In this document: in pieces, positions 10,064 to 20,483 of the stretch
Position numbering within the stretch: position 1 is the stretch's first letter
How the letters are laid out: each line of letters starts with the position of its first letter
The notes under the pieces: model-generated
What the model was told of the DNA's origin: nothing
The model's input: the letters and a program-made list of their open reading frames with translations, nothing else
Databases searched by the model: none
Program-made: the position numbers and the translations under genes
From: Clostridia bacterium
GTDB taxonomy: Bacteria > Bacillota > Clostridia > Monoglobales > Firm-18
Assembly (NCBI GenBank): GCA_045541135.1
Contig: JAZQIO010000088.1
Location: forward strand, 12,136-76,135
Direction: 5' to 3'
DNA: 64,000 nt

Positions 10064-10937
10064 ACATTACTCCCTCTCGCAGGCTACTTACACAGCTTAT
10101 AAGTTTTGGCGAATCTACATATTCCATTATAGCAAGCAACGGCACAACTCCGCCAAGTATAATATCTGCCCTGCCTTTTCCTATGCCTTCAATGTTAACA
10201 CGTTTTTCAATAGGCATTTTTACAAGCTCACGGATTTTACTGAATGTAAGTTCTCTGCTCATTGTATAGCCGTGTACTTTATCATCCGGAACATCCTGCA
10301 TTTTTGTAAGGGCACGTACTGTACCACCCATACCCACAACAGTAATATTTTTTATGTCCTTAACCCAACCTGCTTCGTCTATTTTATTTTTAAACTGACT
10401 TATTGCATAAACAAGTTCATCATCTTCAGCAATTGTGCCGGAAAAATATTTTTCGGTTATATTAACTGCCGCCATTGGAATGCTTACCATATTAACGTTA
10501 ACGTGGTCTTTTACATATATAAGCTCTGTGCTTGCACCGCCTATATCAACTATAAGGCAATCATTAACCGGCAAAGTGTTTACAACACTCATAAAGTCGT
10601 AGTATGCCTCTTTTTCACCTGTAATTATTTCAAAATCCACACCAATATCAGATGCAGGTTTTGTAAACAGTTCTGCGTTTTTTGCTGTACGAAGTGCGGC
10701 AGTTGCAATTGCTCTTACCTCATCTACGTGCATATCATCTATTATACGTTTGAATTTTTTCAGTTCACTTAGTGTACGGTCAACTGCATTTTGTCTTAAA
10801 AGTTTTTCGTCTCCCATACCCTCACTTAAACGTACAACCGTTCGGATATTTTCCAAAACGGTTGCATTGTTGTTTATAACTTCTATTATATTCATACGTA
10901 TAGAATTTGAACCCAAATCTATAATCGCAATTCTCAT
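10044..10937 (-). CDS. ppx: Ppx/GppA-family phosphatase (exopolyphosphatase-like)
   Basis: 297 aa. N-terminal IIDLGSNSIRMNI (ASKHA fold phosphate-1 motif) and DIGGASTE. Overlaps the dus start by 20 nt. Confidence 0.85.
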   Translation of the reverse strand: MRIAIIDLGSNSIRMNIIEVINNNATVLENIRTVVRLSEGMGDEKLLRQNAVDRTLSELKKFKRIIDDMHVDEVRAIATAALRTAKNAELFTKPASDIGVDFEIITGEKEAYYDFMSVVNTLPVNDCLIVDIGGASTELIYVKDHVNVNMVSIPMAAVNITEKYFSGTIAEDDELVYAISQFKNKIDEAGWVKDIKNITVVGMGGTVRALTKMQDVPDDKVHGYTMSRELTFSKIRELVKMPIEKRVNIEGIGKGRADIILGGVVPLLAIMEYVDSPKLISCVSSLREGVMYDILKK

Positions 10938-10946
10938 ACTTTTACC

Positions 10947-12428
<1,482 letters not shown>

Positions 12429-12453
12429 TTATGGTTCTTTGTTATTACATTAT

Positions 12454-12483
12454 AGTATACCAAAAGCCAACACGTTTCGTCAA
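12454..12483 (-). promoter_or_regulatory. Sigma-A-type promoter of guaB with an extended -10
   Basis: The - strand reads TTGACG, 18 nt, then TGgTATACT, about 40 nt upstream of the guaB ATG. Confidence 0.5.
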
Positions 12484-12504
12484 GATAAAAATTATATATT
12501 TTTG

Positions 12505-13251
12505 CTAAAATAAGCTAATAATTTTTAGTATTATCTGATAAAAAACCGGAACTAAAACTGCAGGTAAAAGATTTCCTACCTTTACAACTTTTTTATCAAA
12601 GAGCAGGTTAAAGCCTATTGCCATTACAAGTACAGAGCCTACAAGGGATAGCTGACTGATTAAAACATCAGTCATAACCGGTTCCAAAACACTTGCAAGT
12701 AATGTTATAAGTCCCTGATATACGGCAACTGCTACAACAGAAAGGAATACTCCTCCTCCCAAGGATGCTGCAAGTACAATTGACATTACACCATCAAGCA
12801 CAGCCTTTGCCGCAAGTATTGTGTAATCTCCAACCAATCCATCCTGAATGGACCCTACAATAGCCATTGCACCAACACAAAAAAGAAGTGATGTAGATAC
12901 AAATCCGTCTACAAATTTAGGATTATCCTTTGCCAAAAATGATGCTTTTTTCTTACAAAAGTTACCTACTCTTTCAAGCTTTTCTTCAACATCAACAGCT
13001 TCCCCCGCTATTGCACCAAGCACCAGTGAAATTACCATAAGCATAATGCCGTTTGTTGTAACTGAACCGTCGGTATTTACAGCAAACATCTCCGAAAATG
13101 TGCCGGTAATACCTATAACAATTGTGGAAAGCCCCGCTGCCGATTTTACTGTTTTTTCAAAACGGGAAGGCAAGCCACCTTTTAAAAACATACCTATGGT
13201 TGCACCAATTAAAATGGTAACAATATTTATAATTGTACCTAAACCTCTCAT
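12505..13251 (-). CDS. DUF554-family integral membrane protein
   Basis: 248 aa. MRGLGTIINIVTILIGATIG start and a Gly/Ala-rich multi-TM profile typical of DUF554 (YdfK-like). Confidence 0.7.
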   Translation of the reverse strand: MRGLGTIINIVTILIGATIGMFLKGGLPSRFEKTVKSAAGLSTIVIGITGTFSEMFAVNTDGSVTTNGIMLMVISLVLGAIAGEAVDVEEKLERVGNFCKKKASFLAKDNPKFVDGFVSTSLLFCVGAMAIVGSIQDGLVGDYTILAAKAVLDGVMSIVLAASLGGGVFLSVVAVAVYQGLITLLASVLEPVMTDVLISQLSLVGSVLVMAIGFNLLFDKKVVKVGNLLPAVLVPVFYQIILKIISLF

Positions 13252-13259
13252 ATAATCAC

Positions 13260-14498
13260 CTACTTAATTTTACGTGCTTCAACATAAAATCTCTTGTCGC
13301 AGGCTTCACCCATTGAAAAGGTTTTGCGTGGAAGTATGCCGTCTGTAATTATAGTTTTGAACAAATCTGACTTTTCCATAGACGGTAGTAAAAAGCCTAT
13401 TGAGTTGTCCTGCATTGAAAGGTCTGAAACAACATCGTCACCGTGTATGTAGTCAATTTCACAGTTTTTATCTGCAATATATTTATCCAGAAAGTTTTGC
13501 AATGTACCTACAGCAAGATTAGAAGTTGGATTTTTGATGTAAAGCTTTGTTGCCTTACCTTTTATAACACTGCTTATCTGCTGTTCACTTTCACTGCCTG
13601 ACTTACTGATGCCGCAGCAGTTATCAAGCTCTTTTAAAAGGTCATCAGCATTACAGTTTGTAATTATTCTGTGGATAGGTTCAAAATCAAGTGCGTGATC
13701 GTGAATATTTTCAATTTCAACAAGTGCATAACGAGCAGGATGATTTTTCACGTCAACACCTGACTTTTTAACATTTTCCCAACAAGCCTTTGCAGTTGCA
13801 AGTGAGTGGTTACCGTCACCTACGGCATAAAGCATTGTATTGTTTTGTGAATAGTTCTTTTCGTAAAGCTCAGCAAGCTTATCTGCCAGCGCTTCACAGT
13901 CATCAATTTTCCAACCGCAAAGATGACCGCTTTTTTGCATAAGTTCAAAATCATATAACTTTTCAAGCTTTGTGCTGTCAATACTTCCGAATACAATATC
14001 ATCTGCATCATCTATAAGAAGCATTACGTGCGGAAGCTCAAGGCAGGCATTTTCCCTTACCTTTAGTCTTGGAGGAATACGCTCTAAAACCGTTCCTTCC
14101 GTAGCACGAATCATTGCGGTATTACCGGGCTCAAATTTATAGTTTTCAAGGTCTATTGCACAAACAAAGCCCTTTCTTACCTTACCGTTATTTAAAGTTC
14201 TTTCTATGTATATGACAGAATTTTTATATTCATTAAAAATACCGTCCTCAACATATTTTTTCATATTGTAATTTATACTTTTAATCTTTTCATCAACATC
14301 ACTATCATTAAGGTAAAGCTCGGGCAGCACAAGATTGTATGTTGATGCACCTTCTGCAACCGTATTTTTCACAACTTCCCAGTATTCGGGCTGTGAAGTG
14401 TACTGGTCACAGGCTACCACACTCCATTTATTCATATCTGCATTTTTTGGCAATAGAATATCCGCCGGAAACATTGTAACTTTTTCAAATTTATTCAT
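13260..14498 (-). CDS. DUF1015-family protein
   Basis: 412 aa. PADILLPK...WSVVACDQYTSQ and AVGDGNHSLATAK segments match my recollection of DUF1015. Confidence 0.65.
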   Translation of the reverse strand: MNKFEKVTMFPADILLPKNADMNKWSVVACDQYTSQPEYWEVVKNTVAEGASTYNLVLPELYLNDSDVDEKIKSINYNMKKYVEDGIFNEYKNSVIYIERTLNNGKVRKGFVCAIDLENYKFEPGNTAMIRATEGTVLERIPPRLKVRENACLELPHVMLLIDDADDIVFGSIDSTKLEKLYDFELMQKSGHLCGWKIDDCEALADKLAELYEKNYSQNNTMLYAVGDGNHSLATAKACWENVKKSGVDVKNHPARYALVEIENIHDHALDFEPIHRIITNCNADDLLKELDNCCGISKSGSESEQQISSVIKGKATKLYIKNPTSNLAVGTLQNFLDKYIADKNCEIDYIHGDDVVSDLSMQDNSIGFLLPSMEKSDLFKTIITDGILPRKTFSMGEACDKRFYVEARKIK

Positions 14499-14560
14499 CT
14501 AAATACCTCCAAATAAATACTAAATAAGATTATAGCACATAAAAGAAAAAAAGTAAATTA

Positions 14561-14596
14561 AAAAAACAAGTGACAACGATCAACTTCGTTGTCACT
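14561..14596 (-). terminator. Intrinsic terminator after nagB
   Basis: 11-bp perfect stem AGTGACAACGA / TCGTTGTCACT with a 6-nt loop. A T-rich tract follows on the - strand (TGTTTTTT). Confidence 0.75.
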
Positions 14597-14606
14597 TTTG
14601 CATAAA

Positions 14607-15341
14607 TTATATACTTAAAATGCCTGATGCACTTTCTTCGTCAACATAAAGAACAAAGTCAGGATGTGTTTTAAGAAGTGTTGCAGGAATCATATTTGTT
14701 ACATCTTTTGCCTTAAGTGTATTTTCTATTGCCTCTGCCTTTACTTTATACGGAACACAAGAAACAATGCGTTTACATTCCATAATCTGGTAAGGTGTCA
14801 TAGAAACTGCCTGCTTCGGAACGTCATCAATAGTTGCAAACCAACCTTCACCCATCTGCTGTTTTTTACAACGCTCGTCAAGGTTTACAATAATGTATGC
14901 TTCCTTTGTGTCAAAGTCTGCAGGCGGGTCGTTAAAAGCAATGTGTCCGTTTTCACCTATACCGATAAGACCGATATCTATTGGTGACTTTCTTATTTCC
15001 TCAGTCAATTTTGCAATACATTCTTTTGTTCCGTCAACAAAGTGAACAGCCTTTAGAGTGCCAACCTTGTCAACAAAACGTTCCTGCAAATATTTTCTGA
15101 AGCTTGCACCGTGTGTTACGGGAAGGTCAACATATTCGTCAAGGTGGAACATTTCAACGCATTCCCACTTAATGCCCGGTTCTTCAACCAATGCCTTGAT
15201 TGTGTCAAACTGTGATGCACCTGTTGAAAGAACAATTCTTGCACTTCCCTTTTCTGCTATACAGTCTTTTAAAATCTGTGCTACCTGTTTAGCTGCACTT
15301 TTACCTAATTCTTCGCTGTTTTTACAAATTCTGATTTCCAT
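14607..15341 (-). CDS. nagB: Glucosamine-6-phosphate deaminase family protein
   Basis: 244 aa. LSTGASQ, HLDEYV and GIGENGHIAFNDPP motifs. Confidence 0.8.
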   Translation of the reverse strand: MEIRICKNSEELGKSAAKQVAQILKDCIAEKGSARIVLSTGASQFDTIKALVEEPGIKWECVEMFHLDEYVDLPVTHGASFRKYLQERFVDKVGTLKAVHFVDGTKECIAKLTEEIRKSPIDIGLIGIGENGHIAFNDPPADFDTKEAYIIVNLDERCKKQQMGEGWFATIDDVPKQAVSMTPYQIMECKRIVSCVPYKVKAEAIENTLKAKDVTNMIPATLLKTHPDFVLYVDEESASGILSI

Positions 15342-15354
15342 AATTTTCTCCTTT

Positions 15355-16590
15355 TTATTTTAAATCTTTATAAAACTCATTTAAGTTTACTCTGCGGTTT
15401 TCCTTCATGGAAACATTGGCAGCCATACCTATACCGATAGACATCATACCTGCACGAAGGTCTGCCATCTGTCCCAATGGATCGGGCTTATTTTTATTTC
15501 GGAATATTCTTTCACGTATTTCATCATCTGCACCGCCGTGACCTGCAGTAGATTTTTGCGGTATATTTATTCTGATTTCTTCACCCTGACGGTTGAAAAT
15601 TCTGACATTTCTGCTTTCGTTCAAATCATATCCGAATGTGCTGAGTCCCTTTGAAGTAATTTCCATTCTGCCCTCTGTACCGTTTAAAATCATCGACATT
15701 CCTTCATATGGAGAATGAGCAGTAAGAGAATAACTCATAACCGCACCACCTGAATACTGAACATTTACGCTAACGCTGTCTTCAATATCAATTTCATCAG
15801 AAAAAACACATTTATCACGCAAGTATCCGTCAACATCTTCACAGTCAAGATACAATTTCTGATGATTTACATCCTTTGTTACATCGAAGTAAAATTCGCA
15901 GGTTTTAGCATATGGGCAAGTCATACAACGTTCGCTTCTTTCCTCCCTTGTATGACCGTAAAAACGGCGTGTACCAAATGCATTGACCGAAACGGGATCT
16001 TCTTCCAAAAACCAGTTTACAAGGTCAAAGTGATGAGTTGATTTATGTACAAGAAGTGAACCGGAATTTTCTCTTTCTCTATGCCATCTTCTGAAGTAAT
16101 CCGCACCGTGACTTGTATCCAGCATCCATTCGTAATGAACACTTAATATTTTACCCAATACACCTGTAGAGATAATTTCCTTTATGCGTTTATAAAACGG
16201 ATGAAAGCGCAAATTGAATGTAACAACAACATCTTTACCTGTTTTTTCCTGAACTTCCTTTATGGCGTTTGCCTTTTCAAAAGTAGTTGTAACAGGTTTT
16301 TCGCTTATAACATCACAACCTGCTTCCATTGCCTTTGTTATGTAATAATCATGTGCACAGTCCTTAGTTGTTACAATTACAACATCAGGCTTTACTTCCG
16401 CAAGCATTTTATCAAAGTCGTCATACACCGGAATATCCTTACCGGCATACTCGCTTACAAGTTTTGCTCTCTTGTAGTTTACATCATAAACACCGCAAAG
16501 CTCGGCACAGTCACTGTAATTTTGAACCAACGGTCTTGAATATGCAATCATGCCACGATATCCGCAACCTACCTGAACATATTTTTTCAT
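15355..16590 (-). CDS. Gfo/Idh/MocA-family oxidoreductase
   Basis: 411 aa. N-terminal Rossmann region (VQVGCGYRG ... EKP motif) with a large C-terminal alpha/beta domain. Confidence 0.75.
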   Translation of the reverse strand: MKKYVQVGCGYRGMIAYSRPLVQNYSDCAELCGVYDVNYKRAKLVSEYAGKDIPVYDDFDKMLAEVKPDVVIVTTKDCAHDYYITKAMEAGCDVISEKPVTTTFEKANAIKEVQEKTGKDVVVTFNLRFHPFYKRIKEIISTGVLGKILSVHYEWMLDTSHGADYFRRWHRERENSGSLLVHKSTHHFDLVNWFLEEDPVSVNAFGTRRFYGHTREERSERCMTCPYAKTCEFYFDVTKDVNHQKLYLDCEDVDGYLRDKCVFSDEIDIEDSVSVNVQYSGGAVMSYSLTAHSPYEGMSMILNGTEGRMEITSKGLSTFGYDLNESRNVRIFNRQGEEIRINIPQKSTAGHGGADDEIRERIFRNKNKPDPLGQMADLRAGMMSIGIGMAANVSMKENRRVNLNEFYKDLK

Positions 16591-16780
16591 TTAAAGCACC
16601 CCTCAAGTTATATGATTTGACAACTACATTATATTGTGTTATCATCGATATGTAAAGTGATAAAATTATCTTTTTTAGGATAAAATTGCAATGTTAAGCG
16701 TTTTATAACATCCCATCTTTAAAGGGTTTTTAATTAACATCAGGACAATTATTCACTATACAAGACATTTTTGCAAAGGT

Positions 16781-17605
16781 GTGTTGATATTGAAAGGTCA
16801 GATATTCAAATTAGAAAATTTAAAAATAAAACCTATTGGAGTTTATTTGTACGTACCTCCAATTGTCTGGAAGGGTGATGCCGTAGGACACATAGGTGAA
16901 AACGACATTTTCTTCTGGGTTTTAGAAGGCGAATGCTTTTTGCATATTGATTCTGAAAGCTATATTGTAAGACCGGGTCAGCTTGCATATTTACCAAAGG
17001 GTAAAATGCGTTCATACACCCATGCCTCCGAACACTTTTCAATGTATGAAATGGCATTTGATGTTAAAGCAAACGGTGAAGAAATTATGGAGGTTTTAGG
17101 TCTTACGGAGCACAACTTTGTTGTAGACATTGCAGACACTAAAGAAATGAGCACTTTATTTGAAAGCTCACACCGTAAAGAATTGTACAAAAATCCAATA
17201 TACGATGTGGCGTGGTGTGCAAATATAATAAACATTATAAGAATTTATACCGAAGAAAGACAAAAGCAAAATACAGATAAAGTTGTTATTTTTAAACCCG
17301 TATTGCAATATATGACCAACAACATAAACAAATCCTTAAAGACAGAGGATTTTGCAGAGCTTGTATATATGCAACCTACATATTTTATAAAATGTTTTAA
17401 AAAACAGTATGGATTACCTCCTATTGCATATTTTAACCGTATGAAAATGTATAAAGCAATGGGAATGCTTGCCGGTACTGACCTTCCAATTGAGGATATT
17501 TCAAGTGAGGTTGGTATATCCGACACATCATATTTTGCACGAATATTCAAAAAGCATTGCGGTATAAGTCCTACAAAATACAGAGCAGAATTTAAAAAGT
17601 TGTAA
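16781..17605 (+). CDS. AraC-family transcriptional regulator (cupin sensor plus HTH)
   Basis: 274 aa. The C-terminal 100 aa have the AraC double-HTH pattern (ISSEVGISDTSYFARIFKKHCGISPTKYR). Divergent from the oxidoreductase/nagB pair. Confidence 0.85.
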   Translation: MLILKGQIFKLENLKIKPIGVYLYVPPIVWKGDAVGHIGENDIFFWVLEGECFLHIDSESYIVRPGQLAYLPKGKMRSYTHASEHFSMYEMAFDVKANGEEIMEVLGLTEHNFVVDIADTKEMSTLFESSHRKELYKNPIYDVAWCANIINIIRIYTEERQKQNTDKVVIFKPVLQYMTNNINKSLKTEDFAELVYMQPTYFIKCFKKQYGLPPIAYFNRMKMYKAMGMLAGTDLPIEDISSEVGISDTSYFARIFKKHCGISPTKYRAEFKKL

Positions 17606-17697
17606 TTTCTTGAATTATTTTTCAAAAAACTATTTATTTTTTTACATATTTATTGTATAATTATTTATAATGTATATTTTTACGGGAGATTGATATT

Positions 17698-18099
17698 ATG
17701 AACAGAAAAACTGCCAGAGATTTAGCTTTTAAACTTTTATACCAGGCTGATATTCAAAAGGAAGACGGCGAAGTTATATTTGATATTGCCAAAGAAGAAT
17801 ATGAAATTGACGACAAATCAAAAGTATATATAGGCAACATATTATACGGTGTTGAGGAAAATGCTGAAAACATAAACGGTATTATATCTGAAAAATCAGA
17901 AGGCTGGAAAATTAACAGAATTTCAAAAATTTCTCTTGCCTGCCTTAAGCTTGGAATATTTGAAATATTATACAGTGATGATATTCCCGACCAGGTTGCG
18001 GCAAATGAAGCCGTAGGTCTTGCAAAGCTTTACGAGGGTGAGGAAGCCGCAAAATTTGTAAACGGTATTTTATCTGTTGTAATTAAAGAAAAGGAATGA
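17698..18099 (+). CDS. nusB: Transcription antitermination factor NusB
   Basis: 133 aa. RKTARDLAFKLLYQ start. Sits in the conserved position ahead of xseA. Confidence 0.9.
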   Translation: MNRKTARDLAFKLLYQADIQKEDGEVIFDIAKEEYEIDDKSKVYIGNILYGVEENAENINGIISEKSEGWKINRISKISLACLKLGIFEILYSDDIPDQVAANEAVGLAKLYEGEEAAKFVNGILSVVIKEKE

Positions 18100-18106
18100 C
18101 CTTAAT

Positions 18107-19357
18107 TTGGCTATTACTGTAACACAGCTAAACAAATACATAAAAAATCTTTTAGAAACAGACATCAACCTTTCTCAGGTTTCCGTAAAGGGTGAAATAT
18201 CTAATTTCAAGCTTCATTCATCCGGTCATTGTTATATGACAATTAAGGATGAAACTGCACAGATTCGCGCAGTTATGTTTAAAACATATACATCTTCCCT
18301 TAAATTCACACCCGAAAACGGTATGAAAATTACAGCAACCGGAAAAATTTCCGTATACGAGCGTGACGGTCAGTACCAGATGTATATTTTTTCAATGCAG
18401 CCTGACGGTCTTGGAGATTTGCACGTTGAATTTGAAAAGTTAAAGGCAAAGCTTACTGCAGAGGGTATATTTGATGTATCTCACAAAAAGCCAATACCGA
18501 AAATACCAAAGTCAATAGGCGTTATAACATCGCCAACCGGTGCGGCTGTCAGGGACATTATAAATGTTGCAACAAGGCGTTACCCTTTAGCGGAAATTAT
18601 AGTTTGTCCCGTATTGGTACAGGGTGAAAATTCCGCAAAGCAAATTGCAAATGCAATTTCCTATATGAACAGAGAAAAGCTTGCAGATGTTTTAATTGTA
18701 GGGCGAGGTGGCGGCTCCATTGAAGACCTTTGGAGCTTTAATGAAGAAATTGTGGCTTATGCAATATACAATTCCGAAATACCCGTTATATCTGCTGTAG
18801 GACACGAAACGGACTTTACAATAGCAGACTTTGCGGCAGACCTTCGGGCACCTACCCCATCCGCCGCGGCAGAGCTTGCAGTACCGTCTGTATTGGAAAT
18901 TAAAGCAAACATATCAACGTATTTAAACAGAATGCTTTCCACAGCAAAGCAGACGATTGATTTAAAGCGTTCAATTATAAAAGGATTTTCACTTAAAAGT
19001 CCCGTTGACTATATAAACCAAAACAGATTGCGTACAGACAATGCAATGCAGAAAATTTCCAACTTTATGACGGAAACTCTTATAAAAAGCCGTAACAAAA
19101 CAGATTCTTATTCACAAAGGATAAACAATTCGGCAGAAGCTTTATTTTCCGAAAAATCAAAACTTCTTACTGTAAGCATTGCAAAGCTTGATGCACTAAG
19201 TCCTCTTAAGGTTATGACACGAGGTTATTCAGTAGCACTTGGCAAAGACGGAATTTTAAAAAGTGTAGAAAGCTCAAAAAAGGGCGACGAAATTACCGTA
19301 AGACTTACAGACGGAACACTTGACTGTACCGTAGAAAACATTAACAAGGAGCAATAA
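18107..19357 (+). CDS. xseA: Exodeoxyribonuclease VII large subunit
   Basis: 416 aa. TTG start. N-terminal OB-fold segment (VSVKGEISNFKLHSSGHCYMTIKD). GRGGGSIEDLW motif. Confidence 0.9.
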   Translation: MAITVTQLNKYIKNLLETDINLSQVSVKGEISNFKLHSSGHCYMTIKDETAQIRAVMFKTYTSSLKFTPENGMKITATGKISVYERDGQYQMYIFSMQPDGLGDLHVEFEKLKAKLTAEGIFDVSHKKPIPKIPKSIGVITSPTGAAVRDIINVATRRYPLAEIIVCPVLVQGENSAKQIANAISYMNREKLADVLIVGRGGGSIEDLWSFNEEIVAYAIYNSEIPVISAVGHETDFTIADFAADLRAPTPSAAAELAVPSVLEIKANISTYLNRMLSTAKQTIDLKRSIIKGFSLKSPVDYINQNRLRTDNAMQKISNFMTETLIKSRNKTDSYSQRINNSAEALFSEKSKLLTVSIAKLDALSPLKVMTRGYSVALGKDGILKSVESSKKGDEITVRLTDGTLDCTVENINKEQ

Positions 19358-19359
19358 CA

Positions 19360-19590
19360 ATGGCTGAAAATATAAATTTTGAAAAATCATTGGCAGAACT
19401 CGAAGAAATAGTAAAAAAATTAGAGGGTGGAAACATATCCCTTGACGAAATGTTAAAGTATTTTGAGCAGGGTACAAAGCTTGTGGCAGACTGTAACAAG
19501 GTGCTTGATGAAACCGAAGTAAAGCTTAACATACTTTTGAAAAAAGACGGCGAAATTGTAAAACAGGATTTTTCATTACCGGAGGAATAA
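19360..19590 (+). CDS. xseB: Exodeoxyribonuclease VII small subunit
   Basis: 76 aa. FEKSLAELEEIVKKLEGGNISLDE is typical of XseB. Starts 2 nt after the xseA stop. Confidence 0.9.
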   Translation: MAENINFEKSLAELEEIVKKLEGGNISLDEMLKYFEQGTKLVADCNKVLDETEVKLNILLKKDGEIVKQDFSLPEE

Positions 19591-19592
19591 AA

Positions 19593-20462
19593 ATGGATTT
19601 CAAACCCCGCTTTAACGAAAAGCTTAATACTGTAAACAGTTGGATTGATGAGCTTTCACCAAAAGGTGAAGGCTTACACAAGGTTATATACAATGCATCC
19701 AACTACTCTGTTCAGGCAGGTGGAAAACGAATACGCCCCATACTTGCATATGCTGTATGTGAAATGCTTGGGGGAGATGCAAAAAAAATAAAGCACTATG
19801 CCTGTGCTGTTGAGTTTATTCACACATATTCACTTATTCACGATGACCTGCCCTGTATGGATAATGATGATTTAAGACGAGGTATGCCTACAAATCACAA
19901 AAAGTTTGGTGAAGCTATTGCTTTGCTTGCGGGTGATTCACTGCTTACATATGCATTTGAATGTGCATCCTCTTCCGCTAACGATGCAAAGATTACCGTA
20001 AAAGCAATTAACGCCATATCTAAAGCCGCAGGCATTGCAGGTATGATAGGCGGTCAGGTTATAGATATAAACGGCGCAAAAGATTATGAAGAGCTTAAAA
20101 CCGTACACAAAATGAAAACAGGTGCTCTTATAAGACTTTCCGCACACCTTGGTTCAATTGCCGCAGGATGCACAGCTGATGAAGCCGGTGCAATTGATAA
20201 ATTTGCAGATAACCTTGGAATAGCATTCCAGATAAAAGACGATATATTAGACGTTGAAAGCACAACCGAAGAACTTGGAAAACCAATAGGAAGTGACGAC
20301 AAACGAGACCTTACAACATATGTTACACTGTTTGGAATTGACGGTGCAAAGGAAAAGCTTGACGAGCATACTAAAATGGCTAAAGATGCACTTTTACCAT
20401 TTGGTGATAAGGCTGAATTTTTACTTCAGTTTGCAGATATGTTATTAAACAGAAAGAACTAA
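19593..20462 (+). CDS. ispA: Polyprenyl (farnesyl/geranylgeranyl) diphosphate synthase
   Basis: 289 aa. First and second Asp-rich motifs (LIHDDLPCMDNDDLRRG and FQIKDDILD). Confidence 0.85.
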   Translation: MDFKPRFNEKLNTVNSWIDELSPKGEGLHKVIYNASNYSVQAGGKRIRPILAYAVCEMLGGDAKKIKHYACAVEFIHTYSLIHDDLPCMDNDDLRRGMPTNHKKFGEAIALLAGDSLLTYAFECASSSANDAKITVKAINAISKAAGIAGMIGGQVIDINGAKDYEELKTVHKMKTGALIRLSAHLGSIAAGCTADEAGAIDKFADNLGIAFQIKDDILDVESTTEELGKPIGSDDKRDLTTYVTLFGIDGAKEKLDEHTKMAKDALLPFGDKAEFLLQFADMLLNRKN

Positions 20463-20483
20463 TGAAAAGAGGATAAAAAGTCT

